Shown here: piece after piece, positions 14,204 through 30,546 of the stretch
Numbering within the stretch: the stretch's first letter is position 1
Layout of the letters: each line of letters starts with the position of its first letter
From: the human T2T-CHM13v2.0 reference genome, Homo sapiens
DNA length: 64,000 nucleotides
Strand: one strand, 5' to 3'
Assembly (NCBI RefSeq): GCF_009914755.1
Contig: NC_060935.1
Position numbers and translations under genes: made by a program
Notes under the pieces: generated by a model
Seen by the model: only the letters and a program-made list of their open reading frames with translations
Told to the model about the DNA's origin: nothing
Databases searched by the model: none

Positions 14204-15124
14204 TACATACATTAAATGCCCAATTAATGTTAAACAATGCTACTACTGCTGCCACTACCACCTTGCAACTGAAATTAATTCCCAACACACTGCAAAACTA
14301 AAGTGTTAAGAAAATTAGGCCTTTTTGCAGACCTTTTGAGGTGATTATTTTTGTCCTACCTTGAGCCTCTGATATTACCGACTACTCTTACTTGAAGTTC
14401 TCTCTTCTTGTGCCTTTGGGACGACACATGGTTTTGATGCTCTTTTGATTTTCTTCCAATCACTACAATGCTTAGGTTCCTTCTGTGTCATTGTTTTTCT
14501 CTTTCTCCCACCAACTGGCATTGTAGGCATTGCCTAAGGCTCAGTCTTTGTTCTTTCCTTATTTCCTTTCATTCCTTTTTTTTTGAAAAGCACGGCTTTT
14601 CTCATAGTTTTAGTCGTCACTTTTATGTTGATCTCTATGTCATCCAAGCTTCAGTACTGCCCTCACCCTCCTGCTTTGAGCCTGGATGTCCAGCTCACTA
14701 CTTAAAATGTCCGTGTAGTCAACACAAGGGACTTCAGGTCCAACGTACACAAAATTAAACACTTCATCATGCTTCTCAATGGCCTCTCCTTCCAATTTCC
14801 TGAGTTTTGTACTAATATTCTTTATTTTTGACTTTTCTTTCTTCTTTAATCTTTACAGGTAATCAGTCTCAATTTGTATGGTTTCTTTGGGTAGTGGAAT
14901 GAAAAAAATGCAATTTGAAGTCAAAATGAACTGCAACTACTTCTGCCTTCTGGGTTTTTGTGTGAGTTTGGGAGGGAACTGTGGTGAGAATTGGCACTAT
15001 ATATTTCAGGGGGAATGTAAATATCTATACTGCTTCCTTTCATTTACAGAGGCTTTTGGGTATGAAAAGCAAGGCACAGCTGAAACTTTAGTCTCTGGTA
15101 GTTTGTTTATTTACAGAATGGTAA

Positions 15125-15441
<317 letters not shown>

Positions 15442-15802
15442 TGAACCTTGATTTTTAACAGATCTTATTAATGAATGTTCGGTTATGCAAATGCAAATCC
15501 AGAGCTGAGGAGTGGGTGGAAAACAGACATTTTCTATAAAATAAAGGGTAGGAATTAAGAAGTAATAGAGACTCAAGGGAGTAAGGGATTTAGGCAACAA
15601 AGTGGGAAGCTGGAGTCTCCAGAGAAAGTCTCCTAATGAAGAACCGTGGGTGTCAGGCTACTTAGAACTTGTCGGAGCATGGCTGTCTAATGTTTAGTTT
15701 AAATGGCTTACTTAGCAGCACTGTATAACATCATTACTTCAAACCTTTAGCAAAGTCTTTTTAATACAAAAATATTCAGTGTTGAGCTGGGTCTATATCT
15801 GA

Positions 15803-16111
<309 letters not shown>

Positions 16112-16294
16112 CTATATCTGAATTTCTATGAAGCAGAGACAAAAAGAAGCCACAGGGGTTTGAAGATGACGAAGAGATTTCACCCAAAATAGGGAGCCAA
16201 AAGTGACCACGTGGGCCCTTAGAAATGTACAGAAACTTCAGGAAAGATATTGAATTTCCTATATATTGAAGTAGCCTAAACCAATTTCATCTAA

Positions 16295-16651
<357 letters not shown>

Positions 16652-17059
16652 TAACAGACTCTTAGAATCTGTCTGTTTCCACTTCCACCACCTCTAGCAA
16701 ATGAGGTGACAGCCATTGCCTCCTGATGGGTCTCTTGGTCTCTGTTACTTCCACTTGTACATATCCATTCTTCTACCAATCTTCCATTTTGGTTTTAAGG
16801 ATTCTAAGTCAGAAGTTCTTCTACCAGTTAGCTGTGTGACTCTTGCCATAACACAGGAAGATTGATAGTTAATTCTTGCTTTTCAATACTATGAATTTCT
16901 TTAAATGATGTTGGATCACAGAACAGTCACATACTGAAAGCTCTATATTTTGCTTAATTATAAACATGACTTTACTCTTTATCGCCAGCAGATGGGGCCA
17001 GGGAAAAGATTTCGCCAAGATTCCAAATGCTGACGTTTCTTTGAAGCAGCTGCTTTATC

Positions 17060-17235
17060 TCAGGTTCTTACACAATCCTCACAACAGCCCTATTAAGTAG
17101 AAATTATAACCTGTTTTACAATGGGAAAGTTGAGGCTGAGAAGGTTAAGTCATTTGACCAAGTCTGCATGAGTTAGTAAGTGGCAGAGCCAAGATTAGAT
17201 CACAAATCTGACTCCAAACCCCATGCTCTTCCTAT
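17060..17235 (-). mobile_element. MIR
   Basis: aatcctcacaacagccct...gaggctgagaaggttaagtcattt...tagtaagtggcagagcc. Confidence 0.75.
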
Positions 17236-17709
17236 ACTGTGTTTCCTCTCAGAAGAAAAGGAGAAGAAAAATGCTTATTTCAGCTATGTTCCCTAGATAG
17301 CAAAGCACTGAGCATTTTTGGAGATTGCAGGTGAATTGATGATTAAGCAAATTAATCATGAAAAAATGAAGTGTAAGGATTTTTAGCAGAGTTATATGAG
17401 CAGATCAGTGAAACGCAAAGTAGCAATAACCAGGGACTCTATGTTCTTGCCTTTCTTAATTCATGAAGTTATTGTAAGAACCAAAAGAGAAATGGACCCA
17501 AAAAAAGCACAACAAAAAGTATACTCTCCAAATATGGGGTTTAATGATTTTGGTTATTATTGTTTGCAAAATTATCCTTTGGATCCTATTTGTGCAGTGA
17601 TTTATAATTGATTTTTTTACAGAATGTTGGCTTTTCCTGGGGAAGCGTTTACTAGCTCACTTCATAAACCTGACAGCTGCAGGCAGGTGCAATGCACAGG
17701 TGCAATGCA

Positions 17710-17730
17710 CAGCAGCAGCAGCAGCAGCAG
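17710..17730. repeat. (CAG)7 preceded by a 13-bp tandem duplication
   Basis: caggtgcaatgca x2 (17684-17709) followed by cag x7. Confidence 0.92.
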
Positions 17731-19600
17731 TAGGTTTGCACTTCTGGGAACAGCTGGAAACTCTGGGAGGAGATTCTATCCAGATAGGTACTATGGAAAT
17801 ACAGATGGCAGAATCTGACAAGTTCTGGTGGAAGGTACATACACTTAGGCTTGAATTTTAGGCAGAATTTTTTGAGGTAATGACATTTTATAATAGTAGA
17901 CAGGGAAGCAATCACCACTGAACTCCATCTCTGTCCAAATCCTGCAGTGTACAAATAATAGGTGTAATAAAGATTAGACAGCCTTGGGGAGAATTGGATA
18001 TCGTGCAAATAGAAGCAGTTTGAAAGTAGTATTACTTTTCCTTTGCAAAAGCAGTATACGTCTATTTTTTAAAAGCAAGAAAATTTATATCGATCAAGTG
18101 AATGTCTCATTTTCCAATTTTCATCTTTCCCCACAATCCCTCTGCTAAAAGTTTGTCATGTATTTTTCTCTCATTTTAGCATATTTTCTCTCTTAAATAT
18201 ATGTATTTGCTCTCTTTCTCTCCAAATACACACACAATATGTATATGGATTATAAATGCATATATTTATGTATTATAGTTCATTTATTATATATAATGTG
18301 TATATGTATTTAAACAAAAATTGGACTCCTACTATAACTCTTCTGATTTTTGCTCCAGCCACTTACTCTATTGTGAGCATTTTTCTGCATTAGTATGTTC
18401 AACTGTACCTCATGGTAAAAGCAATTTCAAAAGCTAATTTAGAAATAGTGACAGAGAGAATATAAAGTAATACTTTGCAAGGGCTGCTGAAATAAAGAAG
18501 CAAAAGGAAATGAGTGGGAGAAATGGCAATGAATAAACAGAATGAGTTGGACAATTGTTTCTATCTCTTTATCTCTCTGCCTCTGTATGAAATACTCAGT
18601 TTTTTATTTACAAGGTGAAGTGCCTCAAGAATAAAAGTTTGATTCTCATAAATCTTTAGATGTAGTTGTTTTATGGTTAAAGAAATCTTTCATATAAATG
18701 GGCTTAGAGAACAAATAGAAAAAACACACAGGAAACTAAAAGCCAGCAGTTTCTTTTGCTGTGTAGGGCCTCTTGCTAGAACCAACCAATCCGTACAGAC
18801 ATCACTTTAGAAATGGGATTTATTTATGTTATTGCTATTATTTTGCTCACAGTTAAATGGAAAAGCATACTGTGAGTTTTGCTATATAAAAACAAACAAC
18901 ACTGCTGGAATGTATTTGACATATAGTGTTTCTGCACAAGAAAACTTGCAATGATAATTTTCTTAGAGGGAGGACTAATGCTCCCAGAGATATTCTGGAT
19001 GGAGTTGAGTTTAGAATATATAAAAGGTCTAAGAACTAACATAATGTTAAAATAGTTCTTAAAAGAGGTTTCTATGTTCGCCAAGTGAAACAGCAAATTC
19101 AAATGCGTTTTCAGTTTCTACACCTGGAAATAACTCTAGAGATAAGATTAATGAGGTGTTGGAATTAACAGGGCAACATAAGCAGCACCATTGGCCCCTC
19201 TAAATAATAGCCTCCTTGATTTGAAGGGCAAGGCCAACTCTCACGTACTTGTTTGCCTTCCAGAAATCTCTTTTTATGGCACTTCCTTAATATTCAACAG
19301 AGCTCTCAAAAAGAGTTAGGGATCATGAAGAAATAAATGCATTCAGCTGAGTTTTCAGATAATCTATTGAACTAGTAGGGGGTGGAATATGATGGGGATG
19401 TGGGTTACAAACAAAAAACTAAGCCAGCAAACCAACAGGCAATCAAATCATCCCTGCCCAGAGAGCACTTATAATCTAGCTGTGGAGAGCAAGCTAGCAG
19501 AAGACTAATTTTTAAGTACAGAAGGCTATTCAACTCCTTGAAGACCAATATTAAGATTTGGGATTAGAGAATATTAAATTTTCATCTTTCTGGTGCTGAG

Positions 19601-20816
<1,216 letters not shown>

Positions 20817-21583
20817 TTGAAGCATAAAACTTATAGGTTGATACCTGGTATCACCTAATTGAATCTTATAAACCTTTCCCCACTGTAAAGGGAAAAATAA
20901 CTCTAGGGTCTGTACGAAATTCTCCCACTGCCAGTGTAAACTTTTATGTCCTTATTTAGAGATTCTCAGTAGTTTTTCCTCTGTTTGGATAAGTAGCCCT
21001 ACCTGTAGCACTGTAGCACTGAAGAGTTCTATGTTGCCACCCAACCATGACTTACTTGGCCAAGGGCGATGTTTTCCAGGCCAGTTAGACTTTTTTTTCC
21101 AGGCATATGGAGTTAAGGTGAAAAGGCAGAGTTCGTAAGACGGAGTGAGAATCTGGAGCTGAAACGTTGTGTAGCATTGAAGCCAGAGTAAGGGTCATAC
21201 AGATTAACAGTTACAAGTGAGCCAAAATCATGGCAGAACAGACCAAGGAGCTGTTTAGAGGCCACTGGCCTTCACAGAGAAGACTGTAGCAAGACACAGG
21301 AGGAAGTGGCGATAAGGACCTCTTAGAGAGACAGAGAGACAAAGCAGGGCTTGCTGGTAAAGTTTGGTTTCGTTTTCTGCAAAAGAAAAAGGAAAAGGAA
21401 ACGGAAAGATTCTCTCTTTCTTTGCATAAACTCTTCCTTTCTCTAACCTTGCAACTAAATTACACATGATCAAAGGATACTGTTTAATTTTTAGATTTAC
21501 GTTTTATTGTTATTGTTTTAAAATCAAAATGTACAAAAATCTCCCTCATAATTGTGTTTCCCATCTACGCAGTCTCTGCTTTC

Positions 21584-22271
21584 TATAAACAAAAATATAA
21601 TCCTAAGCCCCCCACAAAAAACTGAATGGACCTCCTCTGGGCCAAGGGAAACCTGAAAAGCTGAATTCCCAACCATGATGGGAAAGGAGGTCAGACATGC
21701 CTCGTTAAACACCTTCCCTTTTGGAGTTTAGACACAACTGACCAGTGTTAACCTTAAAACAGAGATTATAAGACTGACAAAACATACTCACTTTAGCAAT
21801 AAGATTCCAAATTCTAACCTGACTCTGGTATAGCATACACATGACAGCAGACCCTGAAGGAAATAAAAATATTTTACCCCAAAATATATTTCTTTGACAT
21901 CTCTTGAAATAGTTCTGTAAAGCAGCTTTTGTGGGGGAAATTTGTATCTACAAGAATCTCCTTCCCTTTTAAGCCCTTTCCCTGACACAGGAGAGATTAA
22001 ATGAGAGTATGAATCCTTTAAGGCCTGAAAAGAGATATTTACCGTTTATTTTCTCTGAAATTTGCTACCTGGAGGGTTCTTCTACATAACAAGAGCCTTG
22101 GTTTCCCAACCCCTCTTATCTTAACTCAAGCGTTTCTTTCTACTGACTTCTTTAACCATGGGCACACTTTCTTAGGACCTCCTGAGAATGGTCCCCAGGC
22201 CATGGTCACTCATATTGGCTCAGAATAAATCTCTTTAAAATATTTTGTAGAGTTTGCCTTTTTCACTAACA
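21584..22271 (+). mobile_element. MER4 (D/E/B-like) solo LTR
   Basis: t(a)taaacaaaaatataatcctaagcccccc...cagaataaatctc...ctaaca; TSD tttc. Confidence 0.85.
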
Positions 22272-22343
22272 TTTCCACACCCTCATGAAGATTATTAATG
22301 TCACCAGTCTAGCATTTATCCTTCCAGATATTTATGCATATTC

Positions 22344-23158
22344 GGTAATTGCCTGATGGGTTCATCTTGTCCACGACCCAGAAAATTCAGGGCACAGAGA
22401 ACAGTAAGTTTTTATAGCAAAGAAGGAGTTTAATTAATGCACGGCTAGCAAAGTGAAACATGGAGTTTATTACTCAAATCAGCCTCTTTGACAACTCAGA
22501 GGCTAGGGTTTTGAATGGATAATTTGGTTGGCAGGAGACTAGGGAATGGGTGCTGCTGAGTGGTTGGGGATGAAATCATAGGGTTGTGAAAAACAGTCCT
22601 TGTGAGCTGAGTCAGCCTCTGGGTGGGGGCCACAGGACCAGTTGAGTCTTGAGTCTGGATCCAGGCGAAGTAAATCAGTCATCAGAATAAAGAAGTCTGA
22701 AAAACATCTCAAAAGACCAATCTTAGGTTCTTTTTTCAATCTTAGTGACCAATCTTAATGATGTTTTCCATAGGAGCAACTGAGAAAGTTACAAATCTTG
22801 TGACCTCTGGCACAGTAAACAATTATAGAAAGGTGAACTATGCCCACAACTTAGCTGAATTCAGACCCCTCCTTTAATCCTAATCTTGTGGACTTTCATT
22901 AGTCTTACAAAGGTGGTTTCAGTTCCCAAACAGGGAGAGAGTCAGTTTTATGGAGGGACTACTAGCATTCTTGCTTCAAAGTTAAACTATAAACTAAGAT
23001 CCTTCTATGGTAGCTTGCTTCAAAGTTAAACTATAAACTAAGATCCTTCTATGGTAGCTTGGCCTATGCCCAGGAAAGAATGAGGACATCCGGCCTGTGA
23101 GGCTAGAAGCAAAATGGAATCAGTAATGCTAGACTTCTTTCACTGCCAAGTGGTTTCA
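22344..23158 (-). mobile_element. LTR8-family solo LTR
   Basis: Minus strand tgaaacc...cagtgaaagaagtctagc...ccattttgcttctagcc; TSD attc. Confidence 0.82.
22970..23057. repeat. Perfect 44-bp tandem duplication
   Basis: cttgcttcaaagttaaactataaactaagatccttctatggtag x2, followed by cttg. Confidence 0.97.
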
Positions 23159-23855
23159 ATTCAAGCAAAAATATCTTTTTTTCCCCTTCTTTTTCTTAAT
23201 GCAGTATAATTTATTTAGCTTGTCCCTTATTGTCTTTTTTTACTCTGGTTGCTCATATGATTTTTTTTAAACATTTAATTTTCACTATGATGTACCTAGG
23301 AGTGGATTTCTTCATTTGATATGCTTACAGTTTGCCAAACTTGAATGCATGGTTAATGTCTTTCATCCATTTTGGGAAATTCTCCAAAATTATTTCTTCC
23401 TATTTGTCTGGAGTCTAAGCAATTGCAAATCTACAAGATCTTTCTCTGTCTTCCAGAACATCCTCTATGCCACTACTTACTGAGCAAAAGTCTTGTGGAG
23501 AAAAACTGGTGTACAGGAAAAGCTAACCCTGTGTTTGGAGCTTCTTATGATTCCAACCAACTGTGCCAAACAACATGCAGCCAGTAAAAGTTCAGTTGGT
23601 TTCAGCCTGTCTCAGCAAGTCTGCTGCTGAGACAAGGTTGCTCTTCCACTTGTCCGTGCTTCCCTACTCCTCAAATATGCCCTTGGAGATAAAAGTGACC
23701 ATGGAGATTTGTTCACCTAAAAAGGTCTTGTTCCTTTTGCTAATTTATTTAACTTCTTTGTCTTCACAGATCCTCAATAACTTTAAAGAAAAAAATAGTT
23801 CCCCTCTTTCCTTGGTGTTTTCTCATTGTTACCACAGGATATGGCTTTTTGCAAC

Positions 23856-24493
23856 TGTTGGGGCTCAGAAAACAGTACTCGCAAATGAAGGCCTCAGCAG
23901 CAGCCTCAGAAGCAAAAGATTTTCTCTGATGTTTTCCTGTCTTCCTGTCTCTCAGTCCCATTCTCCCCAGAGGCTAGCCATAAAAACTAGAATCTCTCTT
24001 CCCCAAGGTATGCCATAGAAACCGAATCTCCTTTTCCTCAAAGCCAGCCAGAAAATCTAAAATATTCTATCTAAAAATTGTCCTTAAAGAAATTATCTGA
24101 TCTAATTTATTTGACTGTACGTCATATGAGGTCTTGACTGTAGGTCAAGACCCGCATTTCAGAGAAGATCCTGCCCATACACAGAAGGAGGGAGTATGTG
24201 TTCAAAGAGACCAAGAAGCAGCTAGACAGAGAGGCCTTGCTGGGTTTTCCCACCCATTCTATTATCGTTGGATCACACTCTTTTTGTCCAATCATATTGC
24301 TACATGGCTATCCATATTTGATTGAACGTAAGCATAAAAATGGACAATTTCCCTTGTATCTTTGCATCTTCATTCTGAAGGGTCCCATGTATACTTATTA
24401 AATAAGTTGGTATGCCTTTTCTCCTGTTAATCTGCCTTTTGTGAGTTAATTTTTCAGTGAGCCTTCAGAGAAAACTCTTCCTTGGCCCCCATA
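23856..24493 (+). mobile_element. MER39/MER34-like solo LTR
   Basis: tgttggggctcagaaaac...aaatgaaggcctcag...cttggcccccata; TSD caac. Confidence 0.8.
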
Positions 24494-25674
24494 CAACCAT
24501 TTACTGTTAAGTGTACATAGAGCTTCTAATTCTTTTTGACATTTTTCATTTAAATTTAATTTTGCTTGCTTTTAGCTTTCTATAGTGTATGCTTCTACTT
24601 TGCTTTAATTATTGGTCTACTTCATTTTGTCTCCCTCAGTTTTGTCTTTATTTCTGTGATGGTTTTATTCTTTTTTTCCTCCGTCTGTTTCCTGAGCTTT
24701 GACAGTCTGTGTTTTATCTTTTATTGCTTCCTTTCTCTTTGCTTTTCCTATGCTTTTTCTACTATTTCTCTTAGCTCTTAAATCTTAGCTTTTTACTTCT
24801 TTATCTAGGATAATACCTTATAAATATGAACATATATTGTAAAATATACGTTTAAATTTTTAACTTCCTTATGATGACTGGTTTTTCATGCTTTGTGTCC
24901 TCTTGTGTTTCCTCCTTTTTCTTTCCTCTTTTAGGGTGGGTTCATAGAGATTCTGTGCTGGTTGCTATTTGATTGCTCATTTTTGGAAAAAAGTGAACTT
25001 TTATATGTTTACCTGAAGCTCATACCAGGGCTATGTTCCAGGTTAGTTGAAATAATCTTCTGAATGATTTTATGTGTAAGTCTGTTTAACCTTTACTTCT
25101 TCCCAGTAAACAAATATACGGTTTATGAGATGTTTTTTTCCACAATAAAAAGTCTTATCTTTACCTCTGTCTGTAAAACATATGGGTTCCTACAAATATG
25201 ACTTATTTATATATGGTTCTTCCTATAGTCTCACCTTCTCTGCTTCTTAGAAATAAACGGGTACAGGGAAGCTTCTGCTCTTCATTTTTCATTTTGCTTC
25301 TCTCATCACAAGCAAGAGGCTAGCGTTTACGTCTCTGGCTGTCCTCCTTTCCTTTGCTTTTCTGTCCTTTGGGATGCTTATTTTGCTTATCCTTTCTCTG
25401 CCTCTATAGATTTTCTTTTCCACTTCCTCCCACTAACATATTGGCTTTATCTTTATGGTTTTTGACAGCTTGCTACAAGTATTTTGTGTTTTGGGGTTTT
25501 AGCTTTTTCCTGTTGCCACAAAAGCTGGGTGAATGATTTTGTTTCTTGTTCTCCTTTTTGATTCTAAGTGAATTCCAGGAAAGAAAACGGGAAAATATGG
25601 ATTGTAAGATACAATCTTCAAAATTGTGATTTCATTATTTATTGAATGTCTTCTATGTTTCATGTTCTTTCAAG

Positions 25675-27109
25675 TTGGCTTTCACAGCTGGTGGGCATAT
25701 TTTTCAGGCGCATGGTGCAAACTGTCAGTGGATCTACCATTCTGGAGTATGGAGGACAGTGATCCTCTTCTCACAGCTCCACTAGGCAGTGCCCCAGTGG
25801 GGACTCTGTGGGGGCTCCAACCTCCCATTTCCCTTCTGCACTGCTATAGCAGAGGTTCTTCATTAGGGCCCCACCCCTGCAGCACACCTCTGCCTGGACA
25901 TTCAGGTGTTTTCATGCATACTCTGAAATCTAGGTCAAGGGTCCCAAATCTCAATTTTTGTCTTCTGTGCACCTGCTGGACTAACACCACATGGAAGCTG
26001 CCAAGGCTTAGGGCTAGCATCCTCTGAAGCAATGGTCTGAGCTGTACATTGGCCCCTTTTAGCCATGGATGGAGTGGCTGGGACAGGGCACCAAATCCTG
26101 AAGCTGCACACAGCAGGATGGCCTTGAACCTGGTCTGCTAATCCATTTATTGCCTCCTAAACCTCTGTGCCTGTGATGGGAGGGGCTGCCGCAAAGGTTT
26201 CTGACATGCCCTGGAGACGTTTTCCATATTATCTTGGCGATTAACATTTGGCTCCTCATTAGTTATGCAAATTTATACAACTGGCTTGAATTTCTCCCCA
26301 GGACATGGCTTTTTCTTTTCTATCACATCATCAGGCTGCAAATTTTTCAACCTTTTATGCTCTGCTTCCCTTTTAAACTTAAGTTTAAATTTCAGATGAT
26401 CTCTCTCAAGTTCAAAGTTCCAGAGATCTCTAGGGCAGGACAAAAGGCCTTCAGCCTCTTTGCTAAAGCATAGCAAGAGGGACCTCTGCTCCCACTCACA
26501 AGAAGTTCCTCATCTCCATTTGAGACCACCTCAGCCTGGACTTCATTGTCCACGCAATTATCAGCATTTTTGTCAAAATCATTCGACAAGTCTCTAGGAA
26601 GTTCAAAACTTTCCCACATCATCCTGTCTTCTTCTGAGCCCTCCAAACTGTTCCAACCTCTACCTGTTACCCAGTTCCAAAGTCGCTTCCACATTTTTCG
26701 GTATCTTTCTAGCAGTACCCCACTCTCTATGGTACAAATTTCCAGTATTAGTTGGTTCTCACACTGCTATAAATAAACAACTGAGACTGGTCATTTATAA
26801 AGGAAAGTGGCTTAATTGACTCACAGTTCAGTATGGCTGGGGAGGCCTCAGGAAACTTACAGTGATGGCAGAAGGGGAAGTTGGTACATCTTACATGGTG
26901 GCAGGTGAAAGAGAAGAGTGAGCAAAGGAAGAACTTCCAAATACTTATAAAACCATCAGATCTTGTGAGAACTCACTCACTATCATGAGAACAGCATGGG
27001 GGAAATCACCCCCATGATCCAATCACCTCCCACTAGTTCGCTCCCTCAGCACCTGGGATTTGCAATTCAAGATAAAATTTGGGTGGGGACACAAAGCCTA
27101 ACCATATCA
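25675..27109 (-). mobile_element. THE1 (D-like) 5' LTR (26744-27109) plus truncated THE1 internal region
   Basis: Minus LTR tgatatggttaggctttgtgtccccacccaaa. Internal ORF remnant MWKRLWNWVTGRGWNSLEGSEEDR is typical of MaLR. No 3' LTR seen. Confidence 0.9.
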
Positions 27110-27324
27110 ACATCCTTCCCCTCCTTACTTTTATCCCTTTGATCTCTTCTAGCCTTCCAGGCCCTTGAAGAGGCCATCTCACATTTGTAAGCACTGTGTG
27201 AAGCTATGCCCTATATACTTTTCAAAATAAAATATCTAGAAGGCAAACAAGTCTTTCTCCTCATTGCCCTAATCAGGGTATAATATTGGTGGTTTATTAT
27301 GCTAACAAAATCAATTCTTATTCA

Positions 27325-27690
27325 CATCCTTCAGATAAACAGATACTTATGTGGGATTAGATATGCAGGGGATTTATTGTGGAAACTCCTTTGAAAGATA
27401 AAGTGGGAAGGAGGAAAAGTAGGCAGAGAGAGCCTTCAGGCCATGATCCAGGTCTGAAATCTATGAAAAGAGAGAGAGAGAAAAAAATTGGGTAGGAAAG
27501 GTCTCAGTTTGTGACACCTTTCTGAGAAAGTTTTGGCCATGTTGATAAAGAGATCCTGAGTCAAAGTTGCTAATGAAAAGAGTCCTACATTGGGCATAAA
27601 CAGGACAGACTATTTACCCTCTTAGACTCAGCCTTGGCTGCAAGCAGCCTGGTAGCAATGTGGCTTCAGGGTTTATAGGCAGCCACTCTG
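27325..27690 (-). mobile_element. Old ERVL-type LTR fragment (LTR16/LTR40-like)
   Basis: gagagccttcaggccatgatccaggtctga motif; highly diverged. Confidence 0.45.
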
Positions 27691-27719
27691 ATTCTTGTGA
27701 CTCCCTACTTTCAAAGAGC

Positions 27720-27985
27720 TGACTTAGCTCATGAAGACAGTTTCAACAGTCCTATAATTTCATCCCCAACCAATTGGCAGCACCAATTCTCTAGTCCCTT
27801 GCCTGGCAAATTATCCTTAAAAATCCTAGCCTCCAAGTCCTTAGAGAGGCAGATTTGAGAAATATCTTTTGTCCTGCTGCTCAGCTCCCTTGTGATAATC
27901 AAATGCTTTCTCCATTGCAACACCATTGTCTCAGTGTATTGGCTTTTCTGTGCAGTAGGCAGGAAGAACCCTCTGGGCCATAACA
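27720..27985 (+). mobile_element. LTR8-related LTR 3' fragment
   Basis: Similar to the reverse complement of 22344-22620; ends ...ccataaca. Confidence 0.65.
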
Positions 27986-28189
27986 CTATTCATTAAATGA
28001 CATCCACTTGCAAGGGGAAAAAACAAACATATATTTAAAAAACCCTGAAATCTAAATTTTTACCTCTATGCTATTTTACTTTACTAATGAGAATTAACTT
28101 ATTAAATTATTGGGAATTAATAAAGAAGTATATTTGACCTATCACAAAGGGTAGATAGAAAGGGTCTTGGCAGTTTGTGTGCTTCATAG

Positions 28190-28771
28190 TTTAGGGACCA
28201 AGGGAAAACTTACCCTTCACCCTCTGAAGGATTGCTGAAAAATCAACTGATAAAAGACAGGTTAATAGGAGAAGTGGCACACAAATTTATTCACATGTAT
28301 ATGGGGAAGACTCACAGAGTGATTACTCAACCCCTCAATGGGGTGCAGAAGCTTCCATATCATCTTGAGGCTACAGAAAGAACAGGGGCTTGGAGCATGG
28401 CCAAAACCAGGTGGTAAATCATGTTTTAGTGGCAAGACAGGTTATGAAAGGGGGAGAAGGTGAGGCCTACCTATGAAAGTGGCCTTATATGTAGGTGAAA
28501 TCCCATAGGTAGGAGCCCTCAGAGAGAATGAATGGTAAATGCTTCTTTTAGACCTTTAGGGTGTCAGAGTGTCAGTTAATCTTTCCTAGATCTGGACAAA
28601 GCACAGCCTCAGAGAAAACCTGGCTGCATCAATGAAGATTCTCTACAGATGCAAATCTTCCCCATAAAAGACAGCTTTGCAGGGCCATTTGTGTTAGCTG
28701 GCTGTCTGAGAAGCCATCTCAAACTATGTCAAAGAAGTATATTTTGGGGTGAAATATTCTGATTTCCTGGA
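28190..28771 (-). mobile_element. MER34-like solo LTR
   Basis: Minus strand ggaaatcagaatatttcaccccaaaatatac...ttttcccttggtccct; TSD atag. Confidence 0.75.
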
Positions 28772-29114
28772 ATAGTAAAATGTTCTGTGAAAACATTTTC
28801 TAAGAAGAATCTTCAAATGGCTCTTGGTGAGACAAATCATATTAGCACTTAAGCACACATTTTTCTCCTATGAAGATAAATACCCTAATTTTATCTCATT
28901 TATCTAACAGTGGGAGTTTCCTTCCTAGTATGTTTTGTTTTACTGATATTCTTAATTATTTAAGAATTATTTCACTAGTTTCTCAATATTTCCATTTTCA
29001 CTTGTATGATTCTACAGAATGTTATATGTTGTTTTTAATTTTGATTTTCATCTGCCTTGAATTTTTGCACCTTTCTAAATTTTATTGCTTACTACCCATT
29101 GGCTAAAATCTGTA

Positions 29115-29411
29115 TTTTTTTTTTTTTTTGAGACAGGGTCTCACTCTGCTGCCCAGGCTGGAGAGCAGTGGCACGATATCAGCACACTGCAACCTCTGCC
29201 TCCCAGGTTCAAGCGATTCTGGTGTCTCAGCCCGCTTAGTAGCTGTGATTACAAGCATGACCCACCATGCTAGGCTAATTTTTGTATTTTTAGTAGAGAT
29301 GGGGTTTCACCATGTTGGCCAGGCTGGTCTTGAATGCCTGGCCTCTAGTGATCCACTCACCTCGACCTCCCAAAGGTCTGGGATTATAGGCATGAGCCAA
29401 CACGCCTGGCC
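29115..29411 (-). mobile_element. AluS
   Basis: Reverse dimer; TSD taaaatctgtat. Confidence 0.92.
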
Positions 29412-29775
29412 TAAAATCTGTATCTTTAATGGCTATCTATGACAGTGACTTCTGCCTATGTCTTAGGTCCTGCTTCCAGCCATCCCCTATTAAGCACTTT
29501 ATCTTTCAACAACATAAAATTGCTCATGTTTTCTCACATCCATTTTAGTGTTTTATGTCTTTGCTAATAATGTTAGCTGCATAGGCCCCTGTCCTTGACC
29601 CTCTCCCCCTTTAACTCTTTGTCCTATTTTCCTCAGCTAACTAACTCCAAATCATGTTTCAAACCTTAGTTCACTTGTTTCCTCTTTCCTAAAGCCTTTT
29701 ATGATTTCCTCATTCTGGGTAGGGGCTCTGCCTCTGTGTTTTCATGGTAACCTTTTCATACTTCTGTCTGACTTC

Positions 29776-30083
<308 letters not shown>

Positions 30084-30546
30084 TGACTACTTCTATGTCA
30101 TAAAATCATTTATTATGTGCCCATCTTCCTACAATACAAGCAAACCGCCTGGGAACAGGAATCATGTTCCATCCATTCTACATTATCCTCCTAGCAATGT
30201 ATCTGACACATAATGCATGTAAAATAAATGTCTGTAGAACGGGACTCCAGTTTCTTCTGCTCCCTTTGGTTTAGAATATGTATGCCCCTGATATTTTAGG
30301 CACTTGCTTTTTTCAACATAGAGTGTGTTACAAATTCTGGCTAGCTTGGGGATGTTATTATTTTAACTCTGGCTAGTGCTTCATGTAGTCATTTTAGTTA
30401 CCATTTTTAGTGGTATCTCTCTATGTCAAACAGAGAGGTCTTTAGACTTGAAAATTATTGAACACCATGTGGTAAGCTCTACATATGAAAGAAAGAGATC
30501 TGACTGTACAATAACATGAAAAGCAACATGGTTTAGTCACTAAAGT

